Assembly: GCA_016182485.1 (NCBI GenBank)
Contig: JACPGH010000005.1
Coordinates: forward strand, 305 to 64,304
DNA from: Candidatus Kaiserbacteria bacterium
Lineage (GTDB): Bacteria > Patescibacteriota > Minisyncoccia > Phycocordibacterales > Phycocordibacteraceae
Direction: 5' to 3'
DNA length: 64,000 nt
Position 1 is the first letter of the stretch. Every line of letters starts with the position of its first letter. Shown here piece by piece: positions 21,862 through 31,469 of the stretch. The position numbers and the translations under genes are program-made. The notes below the pieces were generated by a model that saw only the letters and a list, made by a program, of their open reading frames with translations, was not told the origin of the DNA and did not search any database.

Positions 21862-24176
21862 ATGACGGTTAACGTAACCGAGTTGCTAAGAGGGAAAGCG
21901 GAGGCCTTGTTGTTCACCTGAATAGTATGAGTTCCTAGGCTTACGCTCGACGGGACCACGAAACTTAAAATACTTGAAGAAATAAAAGCGGGCGTAATAG
22001 TCTGGCCCGCGCTTCCATCAAGAGCGATGTACGTGGTGCTGTCGAAATTCGAGCCGTACACGAATATGGTACTGCCGAAAGACGCCGATGAGGCGTTGAG
22101 AGAAGTGATGGCAGGCGCTGACGGTGACGGATTCAGCGTGAAGCCGATCCGGTTGCTGTTGCAACCACCGGGGCAGGCGTTCGTCACGACGCCCACATGA
22201 TACGTGTCGGGCGACGCGTTAGCGGCAAAAATCGCATTAATTGAGAAAACCACGCTAGAGGCAGACACCGCGGACGGAACAAACGAGCCGACAAACTTGC
22301 CGCTTGTGCCATAAAACTCAACGCTCGACGCTTCGGCCAGATTGGCGCCGTAAATCGTGACGACGGTGCCGGCGGCTCCCTGGCTCGGACTGATGCTTGA
22401 GATTGAAGGAACGGCAACGATGCTAAACGCCCGACTTACACCGTCGCCGCAGCTTCCGTGCGACCGCAAACCCGCGTTGTCGCAGGTTACCGATAGACGG
22501 TAGTTAGACGCCGGCACGATGTTTGTCGGGATCGTCCAACTGGTAGAGCCGTTATTGGGAACAACCACGGAGAGATACGGAGTCTCTGTCGGCGGGGTGC
22601 CAACGGCATCCTGAACGAGCGTAATTTTCACCATCGCGGTGGACGGATAATTTGACGAACTCCACTGAATCGTCTGGGTGGAGCCGGTGGGCCAGGCCGT
22701 GGATGGCGTTACGACGCTAAATGAAGGGTATGTGCCTACGACTGTCAACGTAGCCGAATTGCTGATAGGGAAAGCGGAGGCTTTGTTGTTCACCTGAACG
22801 GTATGCGTTCCGATACCGACGCTCGCCGGGACCACGAAGCTCAAGGCGCTCGAAGAAAGCAGCGTCGGAACGAGAGTCTGGCCCGTGATCCCATCAATAA
22901 CGATGGATGTGGTACCGTCGAAATTAGAGCCGTAGACATAGACCGTGCCGCCTATAATCGCCGCCGAGGGACTGATGTATGAGATGGCCGGAGCCTGCTG
23001 TGTTGTTACAATGTTGAACGGCGCGTCGCTGGTGTCGGATACTCCGCCTTCAGGCAGAGCGGTAGCACGTACAGGCGCAGATGCATAGATGCTGTACTGG
23101 CCTGCGGACAGTTTTGACGGAATGAGCCACTGATAGGGAGACCCTCCGATCCAATTACTCACTATGGTTTGGACAAAACTTGCCCCGGAAGTTCCCGCGA
23201 GGCCGCGGTACAGTTGAAGAGTAACCCCGGAAGTTTGTAAGTCGGTAAGCGTCGTAGCAAATGAAATAGGAACTGTTTGACCATCGGTATATGATTCTCC
23301 CCCATTCGGCGAAAGGACGGTGATGGAAGTCGCTTGCTGTTCATTTGCCGTGACAACAATTTTTATGTCACTCGTTAAAGCTTTCCCTGATGGTAAGAGA
23401 TACATCGCTTTTACATGCGCAATGCCCGCGCTCAAGCCACTGATGAATATCTTGCTCGCCAATGTTCCCTTGCCGCCATCCCATTTCAGACTGAGTATGT
23501 CCGGTCGATCGGTAGACCACGAGACGGCAACGGGAATCGGCGCTGGCGGGGAACAGAGAACATATGTAGGACATGGCGGCCCCAACGGCGTATATTCCGC
23601 CTTGGCTTCTATGGTATTACCCACTTGTATGGCCCCTTCCGCTCTCGCGTTTCCTAATGAAATTTCGAGGGTGCCGACTTCCTTGTTCGGGACCGGAGGA
23701 TTCGTCACACCGCCGCATCCGAAGAGCTGATTCAGTTTTTTGCGGGTCGAGGGCCCGACATAGCCAGTGCCGTTTTTTAATCGGCTAGGCGTCAATATCT
23801 CATCGCGATACTTCTCTTGGAAACCAGTGATCGCCGAGGCGACTGTTTCATCGTAGAGACCCACATCCTTACCGCTTGTTCCCGCGTCAAATCCTTCTTT
23901 CGCAAGCACTGTTTGCAGCGCGCTGATTTCCTGACTGCGAGCGCCTATCCCCAAATTGCTATTGAACGTATGGCACCACTGGCCTGTCGTAGTCTGTGTA
24001 CTGCCGCCTGTGAGGGTTGATTTCACATTCGCTATGATGGCGCTGTCCGCGCCGAAGGAAGAGAGGAGCGAGAGGATAGCGCCAATCTGCGCATCGGTCA
24101 GGGTCGCCGCCTGCGTGAATGCCGGCGAGACCAGGATACCGAAGGAGAGCACTGCCCCGAGGATATATTTCTTCAT
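21858..24176 (-). CDS. Large secreted protein: signal peptide, peptidoglycan-binding domain, repeated IPT/TIG-like Ig domains
   Basis: SP MKKYILGAVLSFGILVSPAFTQA; PG_binding_1-like segment; two near-identical ~85-aa repeats (…VYVYGSNFD…THT(V/I)QVNNKASAFP…) also visible as ~250-bp DNA duplication (21861-22120 vs 22741-23000). Confidence 0.7.
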   Translation of the reverse strand: MKKYILGAVLSFGILVSPAFTQAATLTDAQIGAILSLLSSFGADSAIIANVKSTLTGGSTQTTTGQWCHTFNSNLGIGARSQEISALQTVLAKEGFDAGTSGKDVGLYDETVASAITGFQEKYRDEILTPSRLKNGTGYVGPSTRKKLNQLFGCGGVTNPPVPNKEVGTLEISLGNARAEGAIQVGNTIEAKAEYTPLGPPCPTYVLCSPPAPIPVAVSWSTDRPDILSLKWDGGKGTLASKIFISGLSAGIAHVKAMYLLPSGKALTSDIKIVVTANEQQATSITVLSPNGGESYTDGQTVPISFATTLTDLQTSGVTLQLYRGLAGTSGASFVQTIVSNWIGGSPYQWLIPSKLSAGQYSIYASAPVRATALPEGGVSDTSDAPFNIVTTQQAPAISYISPSAAIIGGTVYVYGSNFDGTTSIVIDGITGQTLVPTLLSSSALSFVVPASVGIGTHTVQVNNKASAFPISNSATLTVVGTYPSFSVVTPSTAWPTGSTQTIQWSSSNYPSTAMVKITLVQDAVGTPPTETPYLSVVVPNNGSTSWTIPTNIVPASNYRLSVTCDNAGLRSHGSCGDGVSRAFSIVAVPSISSISPSQGAAGTVVTIYGANLAEASSVEFYGTSGKFVGSFVPSAVSASSVVFSINAIFAANASPDTYHVGVVTNACPGGCNSNRIGFTLNPSPSAPAITSLNASSASFGSTIFVYGSNFDSTTYIALDGSAGQTITPAFISSSILSFVVPSSVSLGTHTIQVNNKASAFPLSNSVTLTVI

Positions 24177-24233
24177 ATAGGAAGATGGCCTGGTAACGAG
24201 ATTATTGTATCACGTTGTGTCTGTGCCATATCC

Positions 24234-24821
24234 GTGCTATTGTGCACAGCACTTCCAGTGGCTACCGACCGACTTCGCATCAATGCCGAGATACGCGCGC
24301 AGGAATTGCGCGTGATAGGCGCGTCCGGCGAGAATCTCGGCATTCTCGCGCTCTCGGCGGCGCTCGCAGCGGCGAAGCAGGCCGGCCTCGACCTGATAGA
24401 AATCTCCCCGACGGCGACTCCGCCCGTTGCGAAAATAGCCGATTATGGTAAATTTGAGTACGAGCGGAGCAAGAAGGAGAAGGCGGTCAAGTCGAAGGTC
24501 AAGGTCTCGGAAACCAAAGAGGTGCAGATCAAAGTAGGCACCGGCGACCACGACATGCTCTTGAAGGCCAAGAAAGCCGCCGAGTGGCTCGCCGAGGGAC
24601 ACCGTGTGCGAGCCGAGCTCTTCCTCAAAGGCCGGTATAAGGGGATGGACGAGCAGTTCCTCAAGGAACGCCTCACGAAATTCCTCGAGCGCATTCCCTA
24701 CGCCTATAAGCTCGCGGAACCGATCGGGCGAAGCCCCAAGGGATTCGCCGGAGTCATTGAACGTGATCTCGTCGCTCAGCAAAAGCGAGAAAAATCGAAA
24801 TTACATCATGAAAACCAATAA
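24234..24821 (+). CDS. infC: Translation initiation factor IF-3
   Basis: INAEIRAQELRVIG...KFEYERSKKEK...; in-frame ATC (24279) just before INAEIR could be the non-canonical IF3 start. Confidence 0.9.
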   Translation: MLLCTALPVATDRLRINAEIRAQELRVIGASGENLGILALSAALAAAKQAGLDLIEISPTATPPVAKIADYGKFEYERSKKEKAVKSKVKVSETKEVQIKVGTGDHDMLLKAKKAAEWLAEGHRVRAELFLKGRYKGMDEQFLKERLTKFLERIPYAYKLAEPIGRSPKGFAGVIERDLVAQQKREKSKLHHENQ

Positions 24822-24993
24822 ATCATACTTGAAACGGATCCGCGTGACGCGCCGAGGCAAGCTTATGGCGCGCGCCACGGGCCAGAATCATTTCAACGCG
24901 AAGCAGAGCGGCAGCCAGCGGAGCGGCAAGCGCCGTGCAGTGTCGGTACACCTCACGGCTCGCGCGCGACGCCGCTTCTTGCCCGGCTCCTAG
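24808..24993 (+). CDS. rpmI: 50S ribosomal protein L35
   Basis: MKTNKSYLKRIRVTRRGKL...; overlaps infC end; infC-rpmI-rplT order. Confidence 0.85.
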   Translation: MKTNKSYLKRIRVTRRGKLMARATGQNHFNAKQSGSQRSGKRRAVSVHLTARARRRFLPGS

Positions 24994-25031
24994 ATGCCAG
25001 TTTACTAGCCGCTAGTTAACCAGAAACCAGT

Positions 25032-25400
25032 ATGTCCAGAGTCAAAGGAGGAATGATGGCCCAGAAGCGCCGTCGAAATATTTTGGAGAGAGCAAAAGGA
25101 TACCGCGGCATCCGCTCGAAAAAAGAGCGCTACGCGCACGAGGCATTGATGCGCGCCGGCCGTTACGCCTTCGCGCACCGCAAAGACAAAAAGAACGATT
25201 TTCGCCAGCTCTGGATCGTGCGCTTGAACGCCGCCGTCCGCGACAACCTGCCTGCCGGCAGGCAGGCGGCCATCAAGTCCTACAGCACATTTATTGCCGC
25301 TCTGAAAAATAAAAACATCCAGCTCGATAGGAAAGTTCTCGCGCAATTCGCCTCCGAGCATCCGGCCGTTTTCGCCCGGATCGCAAAGCAAGTCGCCTAA
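25032..25400 (+). CDS. rplT: 50S ribosomal protein L20
   Basis: MSRVKGGMMAQKRRRNILERAKGYRG... L20 signature. Confidence 0.95.
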   Translation: MSRVKGGMMAQKRRRNILERAKGYRGIRSKKERYAHEALMRAGRYAFAHRKDKKNDFRQLWIVRLNAAVRDNLPAGRQAAIKSYSTFIAALKNKNIQLDRKVLAQFASEHPAVFARIAKQVA

Positions 25401-25419
25401 CTGTTTTAAGAATTTATTG

Positions 25420-25461
25420 ATGTCGTAATTTTCATCCTATAGGATGAAAATTACGACATCT
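25420..25461. terminator. 42-bp perfect palindrome, bidirectional terminator between convergent rplT and DUF1653 gene
   Basis: GATGTCGTAATTTTCATCC tata GGATGAAAATTACGACATC (19-bp stem), T/A runs both sides. Confidence 0.7.
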
Positions 25462-25478
25462 GAAAATGCAAGAAATAT

Positions 25479-25694
25479 TTAGCCAGTATATTTAAAACGC
25501 GTCACGCGCCTGCCGTTAACCTCGACTTCGCCAGTGAACATCTCGAACGGCCGGGCCCACAATTTCGAGACTTCGTTTTCATACAACGCCTCGTAGATCA
25601 CCAAGTCTTCGAGCGTCTCGCAGTGCTTCCCCACGCCGATGACCCGGTATCGCTTGCCTTTGTAGTGCTCGTAAATTCCAGGTTTGATTTCCAT
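25479..25694 (-). CDS. DUF1653 family protein
   Basis: YEHYKGKRYRV...HCETLEDLVIYEALY...WARPFEMF matches DUF1653; start MEIKPG; TATACT box 8 nt upstream; ORF-track start 25754 possible. Confidence 0.75.
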   Translation of the reverse strand: MEIKPGIYEHYKGKRYRVIGVGKHCETLEDLVIYEALYENEVSKLWARPFEMFTGEVEVNGRRVTRFKYTG

Positions 25695-25770
25695 GATCTT
25701 CAGTATAGCAATCCTTGCGGCAGGACGATCGCGCTTGTGCGGCCGCCCTAACATTTTAACTACAAAATAT

Positions 25771-25808
25771 TTATCAACGATATGCGACGGTCGTCTATTA
25801 TTGTTGAT
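25771..25808. promoter_or_regulatory. 38-bp imperfect palindrome, candidate operator (copy 1)
   Basis: TATCAACGATATGCGACGGTCGTCTATTATTGTTGATA; near-identical to copy at 26393-26429; lies between PaaX-like gene 1 stop and DUF1653 start. Confidence 0.5.
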
Positions 25809-25813
25809 ATCAC

Positions 25814-26392
25814 CTATAAACCGAAATGCTCTCGCAAATGCCTGTCATTCTCTATCGCTTCGACCACCATATACAAGACTGCTCCGCCAATTTTCAGTTC
25901 CGCCTTTAAAAGCGCGACAAAATCCTCGCAATCATACGGAAAGACCCATACACTGTCTTGCAAGCGTACAAACCCCAGTTCCTGCATTATTATCCGGAGT
26001 CGGTTTCGCGTTCGCCTTCGCCGTTCGGGTATATCGAAAATAACCACGCGCCAACTCCCGTTCCACCGCCTCCTTTTGGATAAATCGAGCTTTGCTTTTT
26101 CCTGCTCAAAAGCCAGCTTCTTGCGGCCCGCCTCGGTGATCCTAGCATAGGACTTACCATCGCGCTTCTCGAATTTGATATAACCTTGGACCGCCAGTCT
26201 TCCGAGCGAGGTTCGGTATTGATAACGCAGTCTAGCTCTTTTCACGCTAGGCAGCTTATCTAAAGCGACGGGCAAATTCGGCGCAACCGATGCCACAAGT
26301 GCTACACCCGCAAGAGCGACCGCCGTTAGAAGAGCCACTTGAATATACGCCTTTTGCCTCTTCTTACTTGCTTCCGCCTCTACTTTTCCCAT
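25814..26392 (-). CDS. PaaX-like wHTH regulator paralog 1 (N-terminal TM anchor, winged helix, PaaX-type WDGKW middle domain)
   Basis: WNGSWRVVIFDIPERRRRTRNRL...GFVRLQDSVWVFPYD resembles PaaX region around WDGKW; start set at MGKVEAEAS because the palindromic operator abuts it (ORF-track start 26461 would put operator in CDS). Confidence 0.6.
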   Translation of the reverse strand: MGKVEAEASKKRQKAYIQVALLTAVALAGVALVASVAPNLPVALDKLPSVKRARLRYQYRTSLGRLAVQGYIKFEKRDGKSYARITEAGRKKLAFEQEKAKLDLSKRRRWNGSWRVVIFDIPERRRRTRNRLRIIMQELGFVRLQDSVWVFPYDCEDFVALLKAELKIGGAVLYMVVEAIENDRHLREHFGL

Positions 26393-26429
26393 ATCAACAA
26401 TATACGACGACCGTCTATTATGTTTGATA
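26393..26429. promoter_or_regulatory. 38-bp imperfect palindrome, candidate operator (copy 2) immediately upstream of PaaX-like paralog 1
   Basis: TATCAACAATATACGACGACCGTCTATTATGTTTGATA. Confidence 0.5.
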
Positions 26430-26457
26430 AGCTGGTGTGGATAATTTCTACCTGAAT

Positions 26458-27849
26458 TCAAATTCTATTTACTGAATCTTTGGCAATTTCCCACGTTTGG
26501 CCGAATTCGGGGACGATCGCGCGGGCGCCGAGGTAATCATGGATGCGCTGGGCCAAGAAACGCTCGGCTGCAGGCTCGCCGAGCGCCGTAAATATAGTTT
26601 TGACGCGCCCGCCCTCTAGGGATTTCTGCGCGAACTCTAGCAAGCCTTCCCGGTCGGCGTGCGCCGACCAGCCCTCGAGCACCTCGACCTTCGCCCGAAT
26701 GGGTACGTCCGTCCCTGCGATACGCACCGATGACGCTCCCTCCGCTATACGGCGGCCGGGACTCCCCGGCGCCTGGTATCCGACGGTGAAAAGCGTAGTC
26801 TTGGGATCGGGCAGGTACCGCGCCTCCCAGCGGCCGATGCGGCCGCCATGGCTCATACCCGCGCCCGCGATAACGATCTTCGGACCTGCTACTTTTTCGA
26901 TAGCTGCCGACTCCTCGCGCGAAAGCGTCTTTGTTAAAAAAGGAAAATTAAAAATACTTCCTTCTCGCTTCATCTCATCCTCTGCCTCAGGTTTAAAATA
27001 TGTCGGACCCCATTTCTCGTATACGTCTGTGACGCGTATAGCGAGCGGCGAATCCAGAAAGACAGGGATTTGCGGAAGAGAGTCTTCCGTAAAAAAGTTC
27101 GAAAGCTCATAGAGCATGAGTTGCGTCCGCTCAAGAGAGAAGGCGGGGATGAGAATGGCTCCGCCGCGGCTGATTGCGCGTTTCAGTGCCTCGACCAAGA
27201 TCTCGGCACGCCTCTGCTGAGGCGGATGCGCGCGATTGCCGTAGACGCTCTCCATCACGAGAACATCGGCGTCGGGCACCGGCTCAAAGTCTGGCAAGAG
27301 CGGCGAGGGCGAATTGCCGATGTCGCCCGTGAACGCTACAGAGATATTCTCTTCGCTCTGTATCCGAACGCTCGCCGAGCCGAGAATGTGTCCGGAGTCG
27401 CGCAAATATGCCGAGAGCCCGGGGGCCACTTCTTTTTCAGTGTGGTACTCGAGCGGCTCGATGAGCATAAGTGCGGAATCCACGTCTTGCTCCTCGTATA
27501 GCGGTTCTCGGCCAAGTCGCCTTGCTTCTTCTCGCAAAATACTTGCGGAATCGCGCAGAATAAGTTCCGCCAAATCCCGCGTCGGCGGCGTCATATGGAT
27601 CCTTCCTCGAAAACCTTCCTTTACAAGCTTCGGGATACGGCCGACATGATCGAGATGCGCGTGCGTGACGATAAGCGCGCCGATCGAAGAAACATCGTAC
27701 GGAAACGGTCCATACACCTCTTCGACGGCAATGTCCGCGCCCTGCTCAATGCCGCAGTCTATCAGTATCTTGCTCTGAGAACTTTCAAGCAGAAAGTTAG
27801 AACCCGTAACCTTGCCCGCGCCGCCGTAGAATTTTAATCGTAACGACAT
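26458..27849 (-). CDS. MBL-fold beta-CASP family hydrolase (RNA-metabolising metallo-beta-lactamase)
   Basis: THAHLDHVG motif, beta-CASP region, C-terminal RMMBL-like. Confidence 0.8.
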   Translation of the reverse strand: MSLRLKFYGGAGKVTGSNFLLESSQSKILIDCGIEQGADIAVEEVYGPFPYDVSSIGALIVTHAHLDHVGRIPKLVKEGFRGRIHMTPPTRDLAELILRDSASILREEARRLGREPLYEEQDVDSALMLIEPLEYHTEKEVAPGLSAYLRDSGHILGSASVRIQSEENISVAFTGDIGNSPSPLLPDFEPVPDADVLVMESVYGNRAHPPQQRRAEILVEALKRAISRGGAILIPAFSLERTQLMLYELSNFFTEDSLPQIPVFLDSPLAIRVTDVYEKWGPTYFKPEAEDEMKREGSIFNFPFLTKTLSREESAAIEKVAGPKIVIAGAGMSHGGRIGRWEARYLPDPKTTLFTVGYQAPGSPGRRIAEGASSVRIAGTDVPIRAKVEVLEGWSAHADREGLLEFAQKSLEGGRVKTIFTALGEPAAERFLAQRIHDYLGARAIVPEFGQTWEIAKDSVNRI

Positions 27850-27916
27850 GCGGAAACTGTAGCATGCGTGACACGCTTCTCGTGCCGACGATTACAGTGC
27901 ACAGAGCGCAAGAAAA

Positions 27917-27950
27917 TCGTCCCGAGCGAAGGCGAGGGACGATTTTCTTG
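27917..27950. terminator. Hairpin between ndk end and MBL gene start
   Basis: gaaaatcgtccc ...12-nt loop... gggacgattttc. Confidence 0.4.
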
Positions 27951-28137
27951 CTGGAGCCATTCCATTTAGCAACTTATATATGCCAGGTGGGTGCGGCAAC
28001 GATAGCTGTCGGATTCTCTCGCGAGCTTCACCAAGCTATCTTAATGCGCTGCTCCCGAAAATTCGGCAAGTTGCGTTTTTAAGAATGGCTCCTATTTAAA
28101 GTATACACCCGCTGTCAATACTTCGATGAATGATCGA

Positions 28138-28743
28138 TTAACTTAGAATGCTGCGTATATCCTGGTCGTAAAGCGTGGCTTCGTGGGGCACCCGATAGCG
28201 GACGATCTCGCTGGCTGTAAACCAGTGCGGGATCTCCATTTGCGCCTCGGCGACTGAACCGGACGCATGAATGAGATTACGGATCGCCCGATTGTCCGAA
28301 TCGGACATGGAATACGAGTCGAGCACGAAATCTCCGCGGATCGTGCCGATGCCCGCGCTACGAGGTTCCGTGCCGCCCGTGATTTTCCGTACCAGCTCGA
28401 CCGCGTGCGCTCCTTCCCAAACCATCGCGATCACCGGGCCACTCGTCATGTACTCTTTAAGACGTTCGACGACGGAATTCGCCACTGCTATAGGATCGTT
28501 CGAAGGAGGGATCTCCCCTTTCTGTATATAGCTTGCTATCGCTTTCTCTCCGACGTTCTTTTTCCAATCCGGATCAAGCAGATAATGCCGCTCGATCATC
28601 TCCTCTGTTGGCACGAGCATCTTAAGACCGACGAGTTTGAGCCCTATGCGCTCATACCGTTTCATTATCTCTCCGATAAGCGCCCGCTGAATGCCGTCCG
28701 GCTTCACGATCACGAGCGTCTGTTCTGTGCGTGGATGTGCCAT
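28138..28743 (-). CDS. ndk: Nucleoside diphosphate kinase with internal insertion
   Basis: TLVIVKPDG, NxxHxSD-like, GTIRGDF motifs; ~50-aa insertion. Confidence 0.85.
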   Translation of the reverse strand: MAHPRTEQTLVIVKPDGIQRALIGEIMKRYERIGLKLVGLKMLVPTEEMIERHYLLDPDWKKNVGEKAIASYIQKGEIPPSNDPIAVANSVVERLKEYMTSGPVIAMVWEGAHAVELVRKITGGTEPRSAGIGTIRGDFVLDSYSMSDSDNRAIRNLIHASGSVAEAQMEIPHWFTASEIVRYRVPHEATLYDQDIRSILS

Positions 28744-28821
28744 TTTATAGCAAGATAGGCGTTAGGCGCTAGGCTTTAGCAATAACGTATTCGCTAGAGC
28801 CTAATGCCTAGTGCCTGAATT

Positions 28822-29595
28822 TTAGGCCTGATATCTGGTAATGATACGCGCCCCATCCTTTTCGAGCAAGATGGTGTGCTCGAAATGCGCGGAGCGCGAG
28901 CCGTCCTTGGTGCGGAAAGTGTAGCCGTCGGGAGATAGTACGACAGCTCCCTTCCCCGCCGAAGAAATAGGCTCGAGCGCGAGCACCATGCCCTCTTTTA
29001 GAAGAGGTCCGGTGCCGGTGCGGCCATAGTTCGCAATGAAAGGCTCCTCATGCACGCGCGCGCCTACGCCGTGCCCGCCGAGTTCTTTCACGACCGAGAA
29101 GCCGGCGGCCTCGATCTCTCTTTGTATGGCGTGCGAGATATCGCCCATATGATTTCCGGCCTTTGCTGCGGCAATGCCCGCAGCGAGCGCATTCTCCGTC
29201 GCGCGGATTAATCTTTTGGACTCATCACTAACCGCGCCTACCTGCACCGTGACAGCGGCATCGACAATGACACCTGCATGCGTGAGACCCAGATCAAGCC
29301 CTGCAATGTCGCCTTCTTCGAGTTTTTTTGACGATTCGTTCGGAATCCCATGCACTATCTCGTCGTTAACCGACACGCAGAGCGTAGCGGGATAAGGCCG
29401 AGACGCGCCTTCGGGCGTATAGCCGAGAAATGCCGGCAAGTCGCCGCCGTCGCGGATCAGTTTCTCCGCCAGATCATCGAGCTCTTCGGTGTTTACGCCG
29501 GGAGCCACGCGCGACGCAACCTGGCTTAAAATTGCAGCCAGCCGCTTGCCGCCTTCGATTAACGCCGCTTTTTGCTCCAGTGACGCAATTGTCAT
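28822..29595 (-). CDS. map: Methionine aminopeptidase type I
   Basis: Pita-bread fold metal ligands; full-length MetAP-I. Confidence 0.95.
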   Translation of the reverse strand: MTIASLEQKAALIEGGKRLAAILSQVASRVAPGVNTEELDDLAEKLIRDGGDLPAFLGYTPEGASRPYPATLCVSVNDEIVHGIPNESSKKLEEGDIAGLDLGLTHAGVIVDAAVTVQVGAVSDESKRLIRATENALAAGIAAAKAGNHMGDISHAIQREIEAAGFSVVKELGGHGVGARVHEEPFIANYGRTGTGPLLKEGMVLALEPISSAGKGAVVLSPDGYTFRTKDGSRSAHFEHTILLEKDGARIITRYQA

Positions 29596-30158
29596 GCGAT
29601 GCCGAGCACGGCGCGGATATCAGCGGCGATTTCTTCCCGTGTCCGCTCGCCATTTATCTCGGTCAGAAGTCCCGCCTGCCGCACGACATCTATCGCCTTA
29701 TTCGTGCTCGCGTAGTACTCAGCGAGCCGCATGTCGACGGCATGATCGTCGGCGCGGGCTTCTTTTTCTTTCCTGAGCGCGATGCGCGCCTTAATCTCCT
29801 CGTCCGATACGACTAGGTGAAATATTGTGAATGGCTTGTTGAGCCAGGTGAGCGACTGGAGGACTATTTCCGCCTCGGGCGGCGTCCTCGTTGTACCGTC
29901 AAAGATAATGCTGCCGTTCTCCGGAATGCCCAGAATGGTTTTCAAATACACATAGGCCGCGAGCCAATACGGCGTGAGAATGCCTGCATCCATGGTTTCC
30001 TTCAGCTTATGGCCAACAGCTCCGCCGTTCGCCGCGATCTCGCGCATGCCGGCGCTCGTGCTGACGACCGGCCATCCAGTGGCCTCGCTCAACAGCTTAG
30101 TCTGATCACCCTTACCGCTGCCCGGTTTTCCTAAGAAGAGTACGATGCGCGATTCCAT
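29592..30158 (-). CDS. adk: Adenylate kinase
   Basis: GKPGSGKG P-loop, LID region; 4-nt overlap with map. Confidence 0.95.
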   Translation of the reverse strand: MESRIVLFLGKPGSGKGDQTKLLSEATGWPVVSTSAGMREIAANGGAVGHKLKETMDAGILTPYWLAAYVYLKTILGIPENGSIIFDGTTRTPPEAEIVLQSLTWLNKPFTIFHLVVSDEEIKARIALRKEKEARADDHAVDMRLAEYYASTNKAIDVVRQAGLLTEINGERTREEIAADIRAVLGIA

Positions 30159-30176
30159 TCCATTACTCTACCATCT

Positions 30177-31454
30177 TCAATACTCCCGCAAAGAAAGCTG
30201 GGCGTCGATTTTCTGAACGAGGTCGAGCGCGACTTGAACGGCGATGAGGAGGGCGGTGCCTCCCAAGACGAGCGTCGTGACTCCCGTAAGTCCCTGGATG
30301 ATGGACGGCGCAACGGCGAGAAGGCCGAGGAACACGGCGCCCGGGAAGGTGATATGGTTCACTACCCTGCCAATATACTTCTCAGTCTCATTGCCCGGAC
30401 GGACTCCCGGCACGAATGCGCCGGTCTTCTGCAGGTTCTCTGCGACGCGATGCGGCTCGAACGTGACTGCAGTGTAGAAATAGGTGAACAGCACGACTAG
30501 GCAGAAATATACCGCGCCGTATTGCCAAGGGTTAGAGAGGAAAGCGGCGTACCAGCGAGCCGCGTCCGCCGCGAAGGCTAGGTTCGCCACATTACCCACT
30601 ATAGAGAGCGCCATCTGCGGCAGGAGGAGGAGCGAGAGCGCGAAAATTATCGGTATTACGCCGGCCTGTAGGAGCCGGATCGGAAGATAGGTCGCCGCGC
30701 CCTGAGAAAGAGCGGCGCCGCGCACGGCCCGGGCATAGGCGATCGGGATCGAGCGTTCGGCGTCCGAGACGACGACGACGGCATAGATCATAAGCGCTGC
30801 CAGAACTAAGAAGCCCAAATAGGCCGGCAGATTCGCCGCGGTCGAAGCAAAGATGGTCTGGGAGATGCCGCCCGGTATTCCCGAGAGGATGCCTGCGAGA
30901 ATGATGAGGGAAACGCCGTTGCCGATGCCGAATTCGGTGACGAGCTCTCCGAGCCACATCGTGAGCATGGAGCCGGCCGCGATGACCAGAATGTTCGCCA
31001 CTAGCGCCGTGGAAGAAAGCGGCATAATTACTCCCTGGTTCTTGAGCAGGAACAGGAAGCCGATGCTCTGGAGGATCGCGATAGGCACGGCGAGATACCG
31101 GCTCCAGCCGATAAATTTCGCCCGACCGGCTTCCCCTTCTTCGAAATAGGCCTGCTTGATCTGCGGGAAAATGATCGTCCCGAGCTGCATGAGAATAGAA
31201 GCGGTGATGTATGGCCCGACCGCGAGCATTACTATTGAGAGCTGCGAGAGGCCGCCGCCTGAGAATATGTTGAGAAGGCCGAAGAACTGATTTTCCGCAA
31301 AGAATGAGGCCAGCGCCGCGCGGTTGACTCCCGGGACCGGAATGGCAGAGAGGAGGCGGAAAACGGCCAGCGCGCCCGCTAGAAACAAGATGCGCAGACG
31401 AAGCTCGCGATCGGTGAGCGTGAGCCGTAGCTTATGGATAAATGAGTCAAGCAT
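30177..31454 (-). CDS. secY: Preprotein translocase SecY
   Basis: 10-TM SecY signature. Confidence 0.97.
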   Translation of the reverse strand: MLDSFIHKLRLTLTDRELRLRILFLAGALAVFRLLSAIPVPGVNRAALASFFAENQFFGLLNIFSGGGLSQLSIVMLAVGPYITASILMQLGTIIFPQIKQAYFEEGEAGRAKFIGWSRYLAVPIAILQSIGFLFLLKNQGVIMPLSSTALVANILVIAAGSMLTMWLGELVTEFGIGNGVSLIILAGILSGIPGGISQTIFASTAANLPAYLGFLVLAALMIYAVVVVSDAERSIPIAYARAVRGAALSQGAATYLPIRLLQAGVIPIIFALSLLLLPQMALSIVGNVANLAFAADAARWYAAFLSNPWQYGAVYFCLVVLFTYFYTAVTFEPHRVAENLQKTGAFVPGVRPGNETEKYIGRVVNHITFPGAVFLGLLAVAPSIIQGLTGVTTLVLGGTALLIAVQVALDLVQKIDAQLSLREY

Positions 31455-31469
31455 GACAGTTCGGCTGGT

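Noticed and set aside
24234-24280. Non-canonical AUC start for infC at 24279
   Set aside because: An in-frame ATG at 24234 gives an N-terminal extension of similar length to E. coli/B. subtilis IF3, so the canonical ATG is adequate. The AUC alternative is noted but not adopted.
27850-28137. Possible tRNA/ncRNA in the 290-bp gap between MBL hydrolase and ndk
   Set aside because: No cloverleaf could be drawn with a consistent acceptor/T-arm; only a simple hairpin at 27917-27950 (likely the ndk terminator) was found.
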